Shown here piece by piece: positions 9,525 through 19,109 of a stretch of 46,782 nucleotides of DNA. The translations under genes were made by a program, and so were the position numbers. The first letter of the stretch is position 1. The number at the start of each line of letters is the position of its first letter. This DNA comes from an uncultured Desulfobacteraceae bacterium (lineage in GTDB: Bacteria > Desulfobacterota > DSM-4660 > Desulfatiglandales > Desulfatiglandaceae), in NCBI GenBank assembly GCA_964404085.1, contig CAYOIU010000002.1, forward strand, positions 1 to 46,782. The letters are read 5' to 3'. The notes beneath the pieces were generated by a model. The model made no database searches, was not told the origin of the DNA, and saw nothing but the letters and a program-made list of their open reading frames with translations.

Positions 9525-11912
9525 CTACCGATCCAGATCAGGCAGGATGTAATCCAGAGACCCCACGATGGCTACGAGGTCCGGGATGGACCCTCCCAGG
9601 GCCATCAACGGGATGGCCTGCACATTGGCGAAATCAGGGGTTCGGATGCGCATGCGATAGGCCATGTTGAGGCCGTCGCTCACCACGTAGTAGCCCTGCT
9701 CCCCCCTTGCCATCTCCGTTGCCGCATAGGCCTCACCTTTTGGAATCCTGGGCCCCCGGGTCACATTGATGAAATGGTGGATGAGGCTTTCGATATCCTT
9801 GAGCGTGTCGCCCTTTTCAGGAACTGCGTAGCGATAGTCATCCGTGACATATCGCCCGGGGGGCATCTGATGGGCCGCCTGTTCGATAATCCTCAGGCTT
9901 TGACGCATCTCTTCCACGCGCACCAGGTAGCGGGCGTAGCTGTCCCCCTCCGACCTGGTTGGAATATCGAAGTCAAAGGTCTCATACGCCGAGTAAGGCA
10001 TTGCTTTCCGAAGGTCCCACTCCATCCCACAGGCCCTCAGGTTGGGCCCGGTCACCCCCCATTCGATGGCATCCTCCAGAGAAAGATGACCGACCCCGCG
10101 GGTCCTCGCCTCGAATATAGGATTCTTCGTGATGATGGCCTCGTACTCCTTGAGGCGGTCCGGAAGATACCTGATAAAGGCCTCCAGGGGCTCTTTCCAT
10201 CCTTTGGGAAGGTCCGCCGCGACACCCCCCAGCCGGAACCACGCCGGGTGCAGCCGTCCGCCGGTGATCAGTTCCACGATATCCATGATTCTCTCTCGGT
10301 CACTGACCGTGTAGAAGGCGGGCGTCATGGCTCCCACATCCATGGCCATGGTTCCGAAAAACATGAGATGGTTGGAGAGGCGGAACAACTCACTGAGCAT
10401 GACCCGGATGAACTGGGCCCGGTCAGGGACCTTTATCCCTGCAAGGGTTTCCACAGCGGTGAGGTACGAGAGGTTGTTGGCCACGCCGCTCAAATAATCC
10501 ACCCGGTCCGTGTAGGGAATGAACTGGTGCCAGGACTGCCGCTCCCCAATTTTTTCCACACCCCGGTGATGGTAACCGATATCCATATCCATATCCGTGA
10601 TCACCTCCCCCTTGAGAGAGACGATAAAACGCAGGAGCCCGTGCGTGCTGGGGTGATGGGGGCCCATATTCAGCAGGAGTTGTTCCCCTCCTCCGTCCTT
10701 TTTCAGGTAGATACCGCCGTCGAGGGGCTGTTGTTTTCGGGCATGCTCCAGGGAATAGGGTTCCATTTCCGTTGCACGGCCCGGGTAGCTTTTCCGCAAG
10801 GGGTACCCTTCCCAGTCGTGGGGCATGATGAGCCGCCGGAGATGGGGATGTCCCTCAAACCGGATGCCGAAGAGATCAAAAATTTCCCTCTCATACCAGT
10901 TTGCCGATGCCCACACATCGGTAATGGTTTCTGTAGCGGGGTCCGTACCGTTCAGGGCCACTTTCAAACGGACCCGACTCGCGGATTCGTAGGAAAGCAG
11001 TTGATAGACCAGGGTGTAGTCGGAAAAGGCTCCCCGCTCCCGCCGGGCGGATTCATCCAGCGCGGTCAGGTCGTCGAGACGGCGAAACCTGGGACTGGCC
11101 TCTCTTTTGAAAAAGCGCAAGACCTCTTTGATACTTCCTTCCTCCACGTGGAAAGTCAGCATGTCCGAGGTCCCGGCCGATTCTTTGACGGATTTTCCAA
11201 ACCGATCGCGCAGGGTCCGGGCAAGGGTCATGTCCCGCTCACCCAATACCGTCCGATGAGCCGGCGGGCCCCACATCAATGCGGATCGGCTTTCACGGAA
11301 GTCCGGAGGGGTGACCGATGTTCCCCTGACAAGTGTGCCATTGTAACCGGGACCGCGCGGATCTCTGGACTTGGTCTGACCGTCCTCGAGAATCGGCCTT
11401 TCCGTCCCCTGGGAACCGCCTGGAAGGTGCAGTATGGAACGCGTGGGCCTCTCGGATTGTATCTTCTCCTGCAGTTTGATCAGGCCCTGCAGGACCGCTT
11501 CAGGTCTTGGAGGGCACCCGGGGATATAGACATCCACCGGCAGAAACTGGTCCACACCCTGTACGACACTGTAGACATCGTACATGCCCCCGCAGTTGGC
11601 GCAGGACCCCATGGAAATGACCCACTTGGGTTCCGCCATCTGTTCGTAGAGCCTGAGCACCACCGGGGCGATCTTCTTGAAGACCGTCCCGGAAATGATG
11701 AGGAGGTCGGCCTGCCGCGGGCTGCCGCGCAGGACCTCGGCGCCGAAACGGGAGATGTCGTAGCGGGAGGTGAAGGAGACGGATTCCTCGATAAAACAGC
11801 AGGAGAGCCCGAAAAAAAGGGGCCACAGGCTGTATTGCCGAGACCAGTTGATCAGAGCGTCTATGTTGCGGACTATCAGATTCCGGTCTTCTCCGTTGTT
11901 CCGGGTCCCCAA
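9525..11912 (-). CDS. nuoBCD: Fused NADH-quinone oxidoreductase subunits B, C and D
   Basis: One 795-aa ORF carries NuoB motifs ([20 protein letters not shown]), a NuoC-like middle part ([18 protein letters not shown]) and a NuoD part ([11 protein letters not shown] ... C-terminal [14 protein letters not shown]). The TTG start at 11912 is preceded by AAAGGAGG with a 6-nt spacer. Confidence 0.9.
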   Translation of the reverse strand: MGTRNNGEDRNLIVRNIDALINWSRQYSLWPLFFGLSCCFIEESVSFTSRYDISRFGAEVLRGSPRQADLLIISGTVFKKIAPVVLRLYEQMAEPKWVISMGSCANCGGMYDVYSVVQGVDQFLPVDVYIPGCPPRPEAVLQGLIKLQEKIQSERPTRSILHLPGGSQGTERPILEDGQTKSRDPRGPGYNGTLVRGTSVTPPDFRESRSALMWGPPAHRTVLGERDMTLARTLRDRFGKSVKESAGTSDMLTFHVEEGSIKEVLRFFKREASPRFRRLDDLTALDESARRERGAFSDYTLVYQLLSYESASRVRLKVALNGTDPATETITDVWASANWYEREIFDLFGIRFEGHPHLRRLIMPHDWEGYPLRKSYPGRATEMEPYSLEHARKQQPLDGGIYLKKDGGGEQLLLNMGPHHPSTHGLLRFIVSLKGEVITDMDMDIGYHHRGVEKIGERQSWHQFIPYTDRVDYLSGVANNLSYLTAVETLAGIKVPDRAQFIRVMLSELFRLSNHLMFFGTMAMDVGAMTPAFYTVSDRERIMDIVELITGGRLHPAWFRLGGVAADLPKGWKEPLEAFIRYLPDRLKEYEAIITKNPIFEARTRGVGHLSLEDAIEWGVTGPNLRACGMEWDLRKAMPYSAYETFDFDIPTRSEGDSYARYLVRVEEMRQSLRIIEQAAHQMPPGRYVTDDYRYAVPEKGDTLKDIESLIHHFINVTRGPRIPKGEAYAATEMARGEQGYYVVSDGLNMAYRMRIRTPDFANVQAIPLMALGGSIPDLVAIVGSLDYILPDLDR

Positions 11913-12295
11913 TCAAGACCTCCTTTTTTCCACACGTAAATCAGGGTGAGCAGAAGAAGCACGATAAAGAAGGAAATCCGAAGCCATCCGGCCCAGCCGA
12001 GGTCCATCATGGCAACAGCCCATGAAAAAATAAATGCAGCCTCCACATCAAAGATAACAAAAAAGACGGCAACCAGGTAAAAGGGGACGGAAGGGCGATA
12101 CCCGGCCATTCCCGTTGGAATAATCCCGCACTCATAAGGCCTGGACTTTTCAATGGTCTTTTTTTGCTCCCCCACCCAGCGGGCGAGAAAAAGGATGACT
12201 CCAATGAGCACCAGGACCAGCACTCCATAGACCACCAGGCTAAATACGCCCGGTTCCCATGGGGAAAAGCCGCTGTTCACCGCCGTCGCTGTCAT
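11876..12295 (-). CDS. nuoA: NADH-quinone oxidoreductase subunit A
   Basis: 139 aa with 3 TM segments and the PYECG motif. ATG at 12295 is preceded by GGAGAAGG. First gene of the operon. Confidence 0.92.
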   Translation of the reverse strand: MTATAVNSGFSPWEPGVFSLVVYGVLVLVLIGVILFLARWVGEQKKTIEKSRPYECGIIPTGMAGYRPSVPFYLVAVFFVIFDVEAAFIFSWAVAMMDLGWAGWLRISFFIVLLLLTLIYVWKKGGLDWGPGTTEKTGI

Positions 12296-12338
12296 ACGCC
12301 TTCTCCTTTCGTGGACGTGGAAGGCCGTTGCCCTTCAG

Positions 12339-12366
12339 GTTACACAAATCTTTCGAGACTTGTCAA
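12339..12366 (-). promoter_or_regulatory. Candidate sigma70-type promoter of the nuo operon
   Basis: On the minus strand: a perfect TTGACA (12366-12361), a 16-nt spacer, then TGTAAC (12344-12339). This lies about 45-70 nt upstream of the nuoA ATG. Hexamer match only. Confidence 0.4.
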
Positions 12367-12376
12367 TGAGAACACC

Positions 12377-12390
12377 TTGATGGTGATCAG
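12377..12390. promoter_or_regulatory. FNR/CRP-family-like box TTGAT-GGTG-ATCAG
   Basis: Matches 9 of 10 positions of the textbook FNR half-site pair TTGAT-N4-ATCAA. It lies 10 nt upstream of the candidate nuo -35 hexamer, in the nuoA/ubiE divergent region. Related copies lie at 4184-4197, 4072-4092 and 12501-12522. Confidence 0.35.
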
Positions 12391-12589
12391 GAATTTCGAC
12401 GTATCACCCGATGCTACTCACTATGCGAAATTAGACGGTGGATTTGGGCTTTCGCTAATTCTTAAAACACGGCCCCTGGAGCCGGCCCGGCGGGAAGGTG
12501 ATGCCTTGAGGATGGATCAGGGTGGATCATCCCCTTCCACTCTGTTATAGTGCTTCCGGTAAATCCATCGCCATTCAGGAGACACCCTA

Positions 12590-13444
12590 TTGAAAAATAG
12601 GAAAAACCTGCACCGGTTCAATGAGCAAAATGCAGCCATTCCGCCGACGTCCGGCGAATCCCCTCCGCGGAAAATGGTCCCCTTCGGGTACCGGCAGATC
12701 CCAGAGAAAGAGAAGGCCGGATGGGTTCTCAACCACTTCAACACGGTGGCCGAAAAATACGATTTCATGAATACCCTCCTGAGCTTTGGTATCCATCTTC
12801 TCTGGAAACGAACCGCCGTCAAGGGACTCAATTTGCAACCGGGTGACCGGGTCATCGATGTGTGTGGCGGAACAGGGGACCTTGCCCTCCTCGCGGCCAG
12901 GGATATGGGCACTGCCGGCGGGGTGGTCTTATATGATATCAACAGAGCCATGATGGAAAGGGGCCGACCCAAGGTCGTGCGATCACCCTTGGGGCATAGA
13001 ATCCATTTTGTCCAGGGCGATGCGGAACAGATCGCATTTCCCGACCGGACCTTTCACGCTGCCATGGTGGGATTCGGGGTCAGGAATCTGACCCACCTGG
13101 AAGAGGGTCTGAGGGAGATGCATCGGGTCCTGAGGCCGGGAGGAAAATTCATGTGCCTTGAATTCTCCATACCCACCGCGTTCCTCTTTCGCCGCCTTTA
13201 CGACTTCTACTCCTTCCAAATCATGCCGCTTCTGGGCCGGCTCATCGGCGGTTCCCGGCAGGCCTACACCTATCTCCCCGAGTCCATCCGGACTTTTCCC
13301 CCTCCGGGTCGCGTGGCGGCCCTCATGAAGAACGTGGGATTCTCTGATGTGACCTTTCGAAGACTGACCAACGGCATTGCCTTTCTCTACCTGGCAAGAA
13401 AGGTGAAGGACGTGGAGGAGGAAGATGAAACTCAACCGGGTTGA
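12590..13444 (+). CDS. ubiE: Demethylmenaquinone/ubiquinone C-methyltransferase (UbiE/MenG family)
   Basis: Family signature YDFMNTLLSFGIHLLWKR, SAM motif VIDVCGGTGD, and RVLRPGGKFMCLEF. The track start at 12590 is TTG. The ATG at 12674 (MVPFGYRQIPEKEK) is an equally plausible start. Confidence 0.88.
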   Translation: MKNRKNLHRFNEQNAAIPPTSGESPPRKMVPFGYRQIPEKEKAGWVLNHFNTVAEKYDFMNTLLSFGIHLLWKRTAVKGLNLQPGDRVIDVCGGTGDLALLAARDMGTAGGVVLYDINRAMMERGRPKVVRSPLGHRIHFVQGDAEQIAFPDRTFHAAMVGFGVRNLTHLEEGLREMHRVLRPGGKFMCLEFSIPTAFLFRRLYDFYSFQIMPLLGRLIGGSRQAYTYLPESIRTFPPPGRVAALMKNVGFSDVTFRRLTNGIAFLYLARKVKDVEEEDETQPG

Positions 13445-14021
13445 AAAGTGGGTGGTCAACAACTCCCTCCGCGTCATGGCACAAAGTTTTGAAATGAAGC
13501 GATTTCTCCGTATGGCCCCGCTTCATCCGGGCGCAACGATTCTGGAGGTGGGATGCGGCCGGGGTGCAGGAGGTCGGCTCATTTTGAAGGCCCTTCAACC
13601 AGGGCAACTCCATCTCCTGGATCTGGATCCGCGCATGGTTGAAAAAGCCATGAAACTCTTTTCCGGGGAGGACGAAAAGAACATCTTCTGTCAGGTGGCC
13701 GATGCGACCCATCTGCCCTTTCGTTCCGGTTCCGTGGACGCCCTTTTCGGGTTCGGTTTTCTTCATCACGTCCCCGTATGGCAGGCAGCCGTTGGCGAAA
13801 TCGCCAGGGTGCTTAAGTCGGGAGGAACCTATTTCATGGAGGAGCTCTATCCTTCCCTCTACCAGAACTGGCTGACCAAAAGAATCCTCCGCCATCCGCC
13901 GGAGAACCGATTCGAGAGCCTGGATTTGAAGGAGGCGATGACAAAGGAAGGAATGGACCTCAAAGAGGTGTTCGAATTCAGTAAGATGGGGATACTGGGA
14001 GTGGCCATCAAACAGAAATGA
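13425..14021 (+). CDS. Class I SAM-dependent methyltransferase (unknown substrate)
   Basis: Motif I ILEVGCGRGAGG, then LDLDPRMV and SVDALFGFGFLHHV..LKSGG. Overlaps the ubiE end by 20 nt. Confidence 0.8.
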   Translation: MKLNRVEKWVVNNSLRVMAQSFEMKRFLRMAPLHPGATILEVGCGRGAGGRLILKALQPGQLHLLDLDPRMVEKAMKLFSGEDEKNIFCQVADATHLPFRSGSVDALFGFGFLHHVPVWQAAVGEIARVLKSGGTYFMEELYPSLYQNWLTKRILRHPPENRFESLDLKEAMTKEGMDLKEVFEFSKMGILGVAIKQK

Positions 14022-14058
14022 CCCTGGTCTCAGGTCCACATGGATTCGGGCCCGGCTT

Positions 14059-14991
14059 TCAGGTGAGGTACTTGAGGGTCACCAGTAGAAGCAGGGCCAT
14101 GGGGTAGTAACTGGCCCGATTGAAGAGGGTCATGGCCTGTTCCCGGTCCCGTTTTCTCAAAAGTGCCAAGGCGGGAAGAAGGAGGAGCAACACACCTGCC
14201 AGCAGAAAAGCAGCCCCGAAGACGGGTCCGATTTTCACCGGCGCAATACGTAAGAGAACCAGGTTTGCCCCTATAGCGAGGAGAAGGGATCCGAGAATCA
14301 CCCGGCTGGAACGGTCCGGCCCGAACTCCACGGGGAATGTGCGTGATTTCAAATGCGTGTCTTCTTCCATATCGGTCCAGTCGGCCGGGATATTCTGCCC
14401 CCCGATCTCCCAGAAAAAGAGAAAGAGAAAAAGCACGGCCAGAAACGCAGGGGACGGGTGGGGATCAACCGCGAAGACGGCGGCTATCCCCCCGGAGGTC
14501 TTTACCGCCCCGCTGATAATGCTCCTCATGGAGCTGACCTTCAGCATGAGGCAGTAGATCAGCTCCAGGAAACTACCGCCCAGGAAGATGAGCACGCAGA
14601 CGGGATTCAGCATATAGGCTCCCACTATTGCAACCACCGCCCATGCCGCCGCCCAAGCCATGCCCTCCCACAGGCTGAGGAGGCCCCGTGCCACGGGGTG
14701 TCGGATCATGACGCCGTCCAGGTAGCCTTCAGCGTTCTCGAATCCCCCCATCCGGAGTTTCAGCTTGTCCGTCCTCACGTCGACCAGGTCGTTGAGGGCA
14801 TAGACTGCCGTATAGCCTGCAAAGGCGGTCAGGAGCCCCAGCAAGGCCACCTGCAAAGGGGGAAAACGGCCTAACCAGATCAGGGCCGCCAGGGCCGGTG
14901 TAGCCAAATCCAGAAGGCCGTGGGGCGTCCTGGAGAGGGCGAAATAAAGCTTCAGCCTCGTCATCATGTGGGCATGACTGTTCTGCGCCAT
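14059..14991 (-). CDS. UbiA-family aromatic prenyltransferase
   Basis: Polytopic protein with Asp-rich motifs NDLVDVRTD and DWTDMEED. The track start at 15000 is TTG (a TTGA overlap with the upstream stop). The first ATG is at 14991. The start is uncertain. Confidence 0.85.
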   Translation of the reverse strand: MAQNSHAHMMTRLKLYFALSRTPHGLLDLATPALAALIWLGRFPPLQVALLGLLTAFAGYTAVYALNDLVDVRTDKLKLRMGGFENAEGYLDGVMIRHPVARGLLSLWEGMAWAAAWAVVAIVGAYMLNPVCVLIFLGGSFLELIYCLMLKVSSMRSIISGAVKTSGGIAAVFAVDPHPSPAFLAVLFLFLFFWEIGGQNIPADWTDMEEDTHLKSRTFPVEFGPDRSSRVILGSLLLAIGANLVLLRIAPVKIGPVFGAAFLLAGVLLLLLPALALLRKRDREQAMTLFNRASYYPMALLLLVTLKYLT

Positions 14992-14996
14992 ACTTT

Positions 14997-16067
14997 TCAA
15001 AGGTACTGTGCGTACTGCTGTTTGAGGATATCTGCCGCCGCGCGAATGTCCTGCTTGACGAGGGCTGCCGAGTTCTCCAGTTCCTCCTGTATGGAATCCA
15101 CATTCAGCTCATAGATCCTCTCGACACCGTAAGGGCCTATCCTCGCCGGGACACCGAAACCAATGGAATCCAGATCTTCCTCCTCCTTTAGAAGTCCATA
15201 TTCTTCATTTAGAATCGCCACAACGGGTTGCACCTCCGATTCCCCGCTGATGATGGCGCGAAGCATTTCGCCCGCCGCACGGGCAGGACCTGCAGAGGCA
15301 CTCTGGCCGGTCTCATTGACAAAGTGAGTGCCTCCCTTTTTGGCCTGTTCAATAATATCATCGATCACCTTGCGATCCATCCCTTCCATTTCGAGAAAGG
15401 CCTCCAGAGGAATGCCACGGACCGAAAAATAACGCAATGCGGCCACCATCGAGTCCCCGTGTTCACCAAAGACGATGCCCTGAACATCCTTTACAGAGAC
15501 ATCCAGGACCTTGGATATGGCATAACAGATCCGTCGTGAATCCAGATTCCCTGCCTGGCCCATGACGTTTTCACGGGGAAAGCCGCTCATTTTGTAACCC
15601 ACCCAGGTCATGGCGGTCACGGGATTTCCCATATAGATCAGGATCGGCTTGTCTTTGCCTCCGCAGCTTTCGTAGAGCTCTCGGATCTGCAGGGTGGTTT
15701 TTGCCAATACATCGACGTTGCCCGAAAGCAAGTCACTGCGTGTCTGACCTTCGCGCCTCGGGGCCCCGACCCCGATAAAGATCACGTCCAGGCCTGCCAT
15801 ATCCTCTATGCTGTTGGTACCCATCAAGCGCGGCCCACGGGAAAGATTCGCCTTGAGATCCTCTATCCAGGCGCCGGCCCGGTTGGGATAGTCGCCTTTC
15901 GGTCTCCCGTAGAAAACGATCTCCTTTCCAAGGCCTTCACTCAGGAGGGAGAGGACCACATCCCTGGACACGTTTCCGAAGCCCCAGACACCCACCTTAT
16001 TCCTTTCCTTTCGGTATGGGAAAAGCTTGCACGTCCTTGCGAATTCTTCATTCATTCTTTCCTCCAT
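14997..16067 (-). CDS. LDH/MDH-superfamily 2-hydroxyacid dehydrogenase, malate-dehydrogenase-like
   Basis: Motifs GVGAPRREGQTRSDLL (Arg at the substrate-discriminating position, as in MDH), MGNPV and the catalytic GEHGDS. The Rossmann motif is atypical (GFGNVS). The track N-terminus (to 16238) is basic and non-homologous. Likely start is the ATG at 16067, or at 16055 (GGAGGAAAG upstream). Confidence 0.72.
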   Translation of the reverse strand: MEERMNEEFARTCKLFPYRKERNKVGVWGFGNVSRDVVLSLLSEGLGKEIVFYGRPKGDYPNRAGAWIEDLKANLSRGPRLMGTNSIEDMAGLDVIFIGVGAPRREGQTRSDLLSGNVDVLAKTTLQIRELYESCGGKDKPILIYMGNPVTAMTWVGYKMSGFPRENVMGQAGNLDSRRICYAISKVLDVSVKDVQGIVFGEHGDSMVAALRYFSVRGIPLEAFLEMEGMDRKVIDDIIEQAKKGGTHFVNETGQSASAGPARAAGEMLRAIISGESEVQPVVAILNEEYGLLKEEEDLDSIGFGVPARIGPYGVERIYELNVDSIQEELENSAALVKQDIRAAADILKQQYAQYL

Positions 16068-16128
16068 CGTCTTCTCAAGATAGGTTTTGGTTTCCCTGTA
16101 AACCCTACTTTGGAAAAGCAATTTTTTG

Positions 16129-16157
16129 ATTCTAACAGGGACCTGGGTCCAAGTCAA
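16129..16157 (-). promoter_or_regulatory. Candidate sigma70-type promoter for the dehydrogenase/UbiA transcription unit
   Basis: Minus strand: TTGACT (16157-16152), a 17-nt spacer, then TAGAAT (16134-16129). About 60 nt upstream of the ATG at 16067. Confidence 0.42.
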
Positions 16158-16180
16158 CGCGCGCCGATATTTGAATTGTC

Positions 16181-16208
16181 TTGATTTCCGGATGATTTTG
16201 GATAAAAT
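16181..16208 (+). promoter_or_regulatory. Candidate sigma70-type promoter for the GltD-like/kor operon
   Basis: TTGATT (16181-16186), a 16-nt spacer, then TAAAAT (16203-16208). Divergent from the promoter above. Confidence 0.4.
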
Positions 16209-16295
16209 AGAAATGTCGTCCGCCACGTTGAGAAACAATTCTTCCGGTATTCGAGCGTTTTTCCTTTGATTGCTTTCTTTTAAGAACGCGCCGAA

Positions 16296-18095
16296 GTGTT
16301 ATCCTCAAATGGGTCTGTCAAGACCCCAAAACAGAGTGAGCAGCGGATGTTCAAAAAGGCCGACCCCATACAATCCACGCGTGCTGAAGACTTCGATTAT
16401 ATGAAGGTGAACGTGCCGTGCCAGGAGGGTTGCCCCGCCCTCACAAATGTACCGGCTTACATCCGCGCTGTATACAAAAACGATTTCAATCTTTCCTACA
16501 ACATCAACCTGGAAGCGAATCTCTTTCCGGGCGTCCTCGGGCGCATCTGTTCCCGCCCCTGCGAGTCCAAATGCCGTCACGGAGAGAAGGAGCTCGGAAA
16601 ACCGGTCAACATCTGTTATCTGAAGCGGGCGGCCGCCGATTTCAGGGGCAGGCATGTCCCCCTGGAAAATCCCATTCACCAGAGTGTGTCCCGGAAGGTG
16701 GCCATCGTGGGCGCGGGGCCCGCGGGACTTGCCGCGGCCCGCGATCTGGCACTCTCAGGGCTTTCCGTCTCCGTGCTCGAAGCCATGGAAAAGCCCGGCG
16801 GTATGCTGCGCTATGGCATACCTGCTTTCAGGCTGCCCCGGACCATCCTAAAAGAGGAAATTGAACGCATCCTGAGTCTGGGCATCGAACTCACGACCGG
16901 GGTTAGGCTGGGGGAAGAGATCACCCTCGATGGTCTCCTGGGGGATTTCAACGCCGTGCTACTGGCAACCGGATGTTACGTTCCCCGACAATTGAACATC
17001 CCCGGCGAACGATTCGACAGTGTTTTTTCCGGACTCCGATTCATGATGGATCTCAACGCAGGCCAGCCGCCTCGCGTCGGAAAGAAGGTTCTGGTACTTG
17101 GAGCGGGATTCACGGCGTTTGACTGTGCCCGCTCAGCATTGCGCCTCGGCGCTCCTGATGTTTCGATCTGCCTCAGGCGCACCGAGGAAGACCTTTCCGT
17201 AACCCGGGAAGAGGTCCTGGAGGCCAAAAGGGAGGGTGTCAGGATCGAAAGCCTGATGGTGGCCAAGACCATCCTGGGGAACGGAAACATAAGGGGTGTC
17301 GAATTCATACGAACCCGGCCGGGTCTCCCCGGACACGGCGGAAAAAGAGAGATCACCCCCATCGAGGGCAGTGAATTCATTCTTGACGCCGACACGGTCA
17401 TCGTGGCCACCGGACAGGGACCCGAACCCTTGGCTCTAAAGGATAAGCGCGCCGGGGAAGGGATGGTGACAGTGGACAAGGGATCATTCAGGAGCCCTGT
17501 GTCCGGGCTTTATGCCACCGGGGACTACGTGACCGGCCCTTCCACGGTGATTCAGGCCATTGCAGCGGGGAGAAACGCCGCTGCCGCCATTTTCAGGGAT
17601 ATGACCGGCAGGGATTTTCTTGAGCGGGTCGTTACGATAGAAGACGCAGTGACCACCGACCGGCCCAGGGCCTGGGACTTTCTGCCGGCCCGGGAAATTC
17701 CCACCTTGGAGCCGATCCGGGATCGTTTCGGCAAGAAACCGAAGGAAGTTGAACTGGGTTACCCCGGGGAGCAGGCCGAAACAGAATCCAAACGTTGCTA
17801 CCTCTGTTACCTGCACTATGAAATCGACATCAAGCGGTGTATCTATTGCCGATACTGCATCGATGTGGCACCGAGGGATTGCATCAAGCTGGTCAAGAAG
17901 ATCATGACGAATGAAAACGGTGCAATCTCGGGCTTTGAAGAGACTACCGTCTGGAAAGAGGTCAACGGTATCATCATCGACAACTCCCGTTGCATCCGTT
18001 GTGGAGCGTGCATGGAGATCTGCCCGGTTGAGTGCATAAGCGTTTCGAAAGTCCAGCTGACGGAGCGCACCATCGGGAAATCGGAAGAACCATGA
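16296..18095 (+). CDS. GltD/NfnB-like NAD(P)H-dependent Fe-S flavoprotein fused to a C-terminal 2x[4Fe-4S] ferredoxin domain
   Basis: N-terminal Cys clusters (CQEGCPALTNVPAYI, CSRPCESKCRHG), dinucleotide folds VAIVGAGPAGLAAA and VLVLGAGFTAFDCA, and GLYATGD. The C-terminal part has CIYCRYCIDVAPRDC and CIRCGACMEICPVEC. The track start is GTG at 16296. The ATG at 16347 is an alternative. Confidence 0.85.
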   Translation: MLSSNGSVKTPKQSEQRMFKKADPIQSTRAEDFDYMKVNVPCQEGCPALTNVPAYIRAVYKNDFNLSYNINLEANLFPGVLGRICSRPCESKCRHGEKELGKPVNICYLKRAAADFRGRHVPLENPIHQSVSRKVAIVGAGPAGLAAARDLALSGLSVSVLEAMEKPGGMLRYGIPAFRLPRTILKEEIERILSLGIELTTGVRLGEEITLDGLLGDFNAVLLATGCYVPRQLNIPGERFDSVFSGLRFMMDLNAGQPPRVGKKVLVLGAGFTAFDCARSALRLGAPDVSICLRRTEEDLSVTREEVLEAKREGVRIESLMVAKTILGNGNIRGVEFIRTRPGLPGHGGKREITPIEGSEFILDADTVIVATGQGPEPLALKDKRAGEGMVTVDKGSFRSPVSGLYATGDYVTGPSTVIQAIAAGRNAAAAIFRDMTGRDFLERVVTIEDAVTTDRPRAWDFLPAREIPTLEPIRDRFGKKPKEVELGYPGEQAETESKRCYLCYLHYEIDIKRCIYCRYCIDVAPRDCIKLVKKIMTNENGAISGFEETTVWKEVNGIIIDNSRCIRCGACMEICPVECISVSKVQLTERTIGKSEEP

Positions 18096-19108
18096 AGGAA
18101 GAGCACTTTATCATCATAGGAATGGGGCCTTCAGGTACCCAGGCCGCCTTTACGCTGCGGAAACAGGCACCGGATGCCCGTATCACCGTCATGAGCAAAG
18201 ATGCGGAGCGTGCCTTTACGCCCCACATGCTTCCCGACTACATCGCGGGTAAGATTTCAGAAGAGGATCTCTACCCTTACGACCCATCGACCTGGGATGA
18301 ACTGGATATTCATGTGAGGCGCGGCCAGAGGGTCACGGATGTCAATCCGGCCAATGGCTACCTGCTTCTGGATCACCGGGAAGTCCTCCGCTTTGCCGGA
18401 CTCATCCTTGCAGTGGGAGGGCGGCCCCAAATCCCGGAACCCTTTCTTCCCTATCAGAATCTGATGTTCACGTTGAAGACTGTCCAGGACGCCAAGAGGT
18501 GGACCCGGAAGCTTAGGGAGGTCGATTCCGTCCTGGTGATCGGGGGAGATCTCACCTCCCTGGCCGTAACAAAGGCGATCCTGCATCTTGAGAAAAGGGT
18601 GTTTTTTCTCATAAACAAAGACGCCTTCTGGCCCCTCCGCTATGATAAGGAGTTGATGGAGGAATTCTCCAACCGCCTTTCTGAAAGAGGTGTGGAAGTC
18701 ATTCCTTCCGGCAGGCTGAAAAGTCTATTCCGCGAGGTGAACGGAAAGATAGGATGCCAAATAGACAATCGAAGCCTGCAGGTGGGAATGGTCGGTGCCT
18801 TTCTTGGATTGGCACCCGACATCCGCTTTCTGACCCGAAGCGGTTTTTCCATGGATCGGGGCATACTCGTGGACGAATACCTCAATACCGGGTTTGAGGG
18901 CATCTATGCCACGGGCGATTGTGCCCAGGTCTATCATCCCGAGCTGCGCGACTACTGGGTCTCCATCGGGTACGAAAACGCCGTGACCCTTGGCCGAATC
19001 GCCGCTTTCAACCTGGCCGGCTGCCGTGTCCAGGCGAAGGTTTCCGGTGAATCCATATTCAAGGTGAGAGAGGTGAACGTGAACACGTCGTGGTGGGCGG
19101 AATTCTAG
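18092..19108 (+). CDS. FAD-dependent pyridine-nucleotide oxidoreductase (rubredoxin-reductase/NirB-N-terminal-like)
   Basis: Motifs FIIIGMGPSGTQAA, a second fold VLVIGGDLTSLAV, and IYATGDCA. The ATG at 18092 overlaps the upstream stop (ATGA). The track's 20 extra codons lie inside the previous gene. Confidence 0.8.
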   Translation: MKEEHFIIIGMGPSGTQAAFTLRKQAPDARITVMSKDAERAFTPHMLPDYIAGKISEEDLYPYDPSTWDELDIHVRRGQRVTDVNPANGYLLLDHREVLRFAGLILAVGGRPQIPEPFLPYQNLMFTLKTVQDAKRWTRKLREVDSVLVIGGDLTSLAVTKAILHLEKRVFFLINKDAFWPLRYDKELMEEFSNRLSERGVEVIPSGRLKSLFREVNGKIGCQIDNRSLQVGMVGAFLGLAPDIRFLTRSGFSMDRGILVDEYLNTGFEGIYATGDCAQVYHPELRDYWVSIGYENAVTLGRIAAFNLAGCRVQAKVSGESIFKVREVNVNTSWWAEF

Positions 19109-19109
19109 G

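Noticed and set aside
9441-11939. 832-aa plus-strand ORF antisense to nuoBCD. Similar long antisense ORFs lie at 7743-9002, 26298-27311, 28805-30043, 30950-32041, 35835-36665, 37388-38080 and 45536-46318.
   Set aside because: Each lies exactly opposite a gene with strong family motifs. Their translations are R/P/G/H-rich low-complexity sequence with no recognisable motifs or RBS. Long mirror-frame ORFs are expected when the sense strand avoids TTA, CTA and TCA codons.
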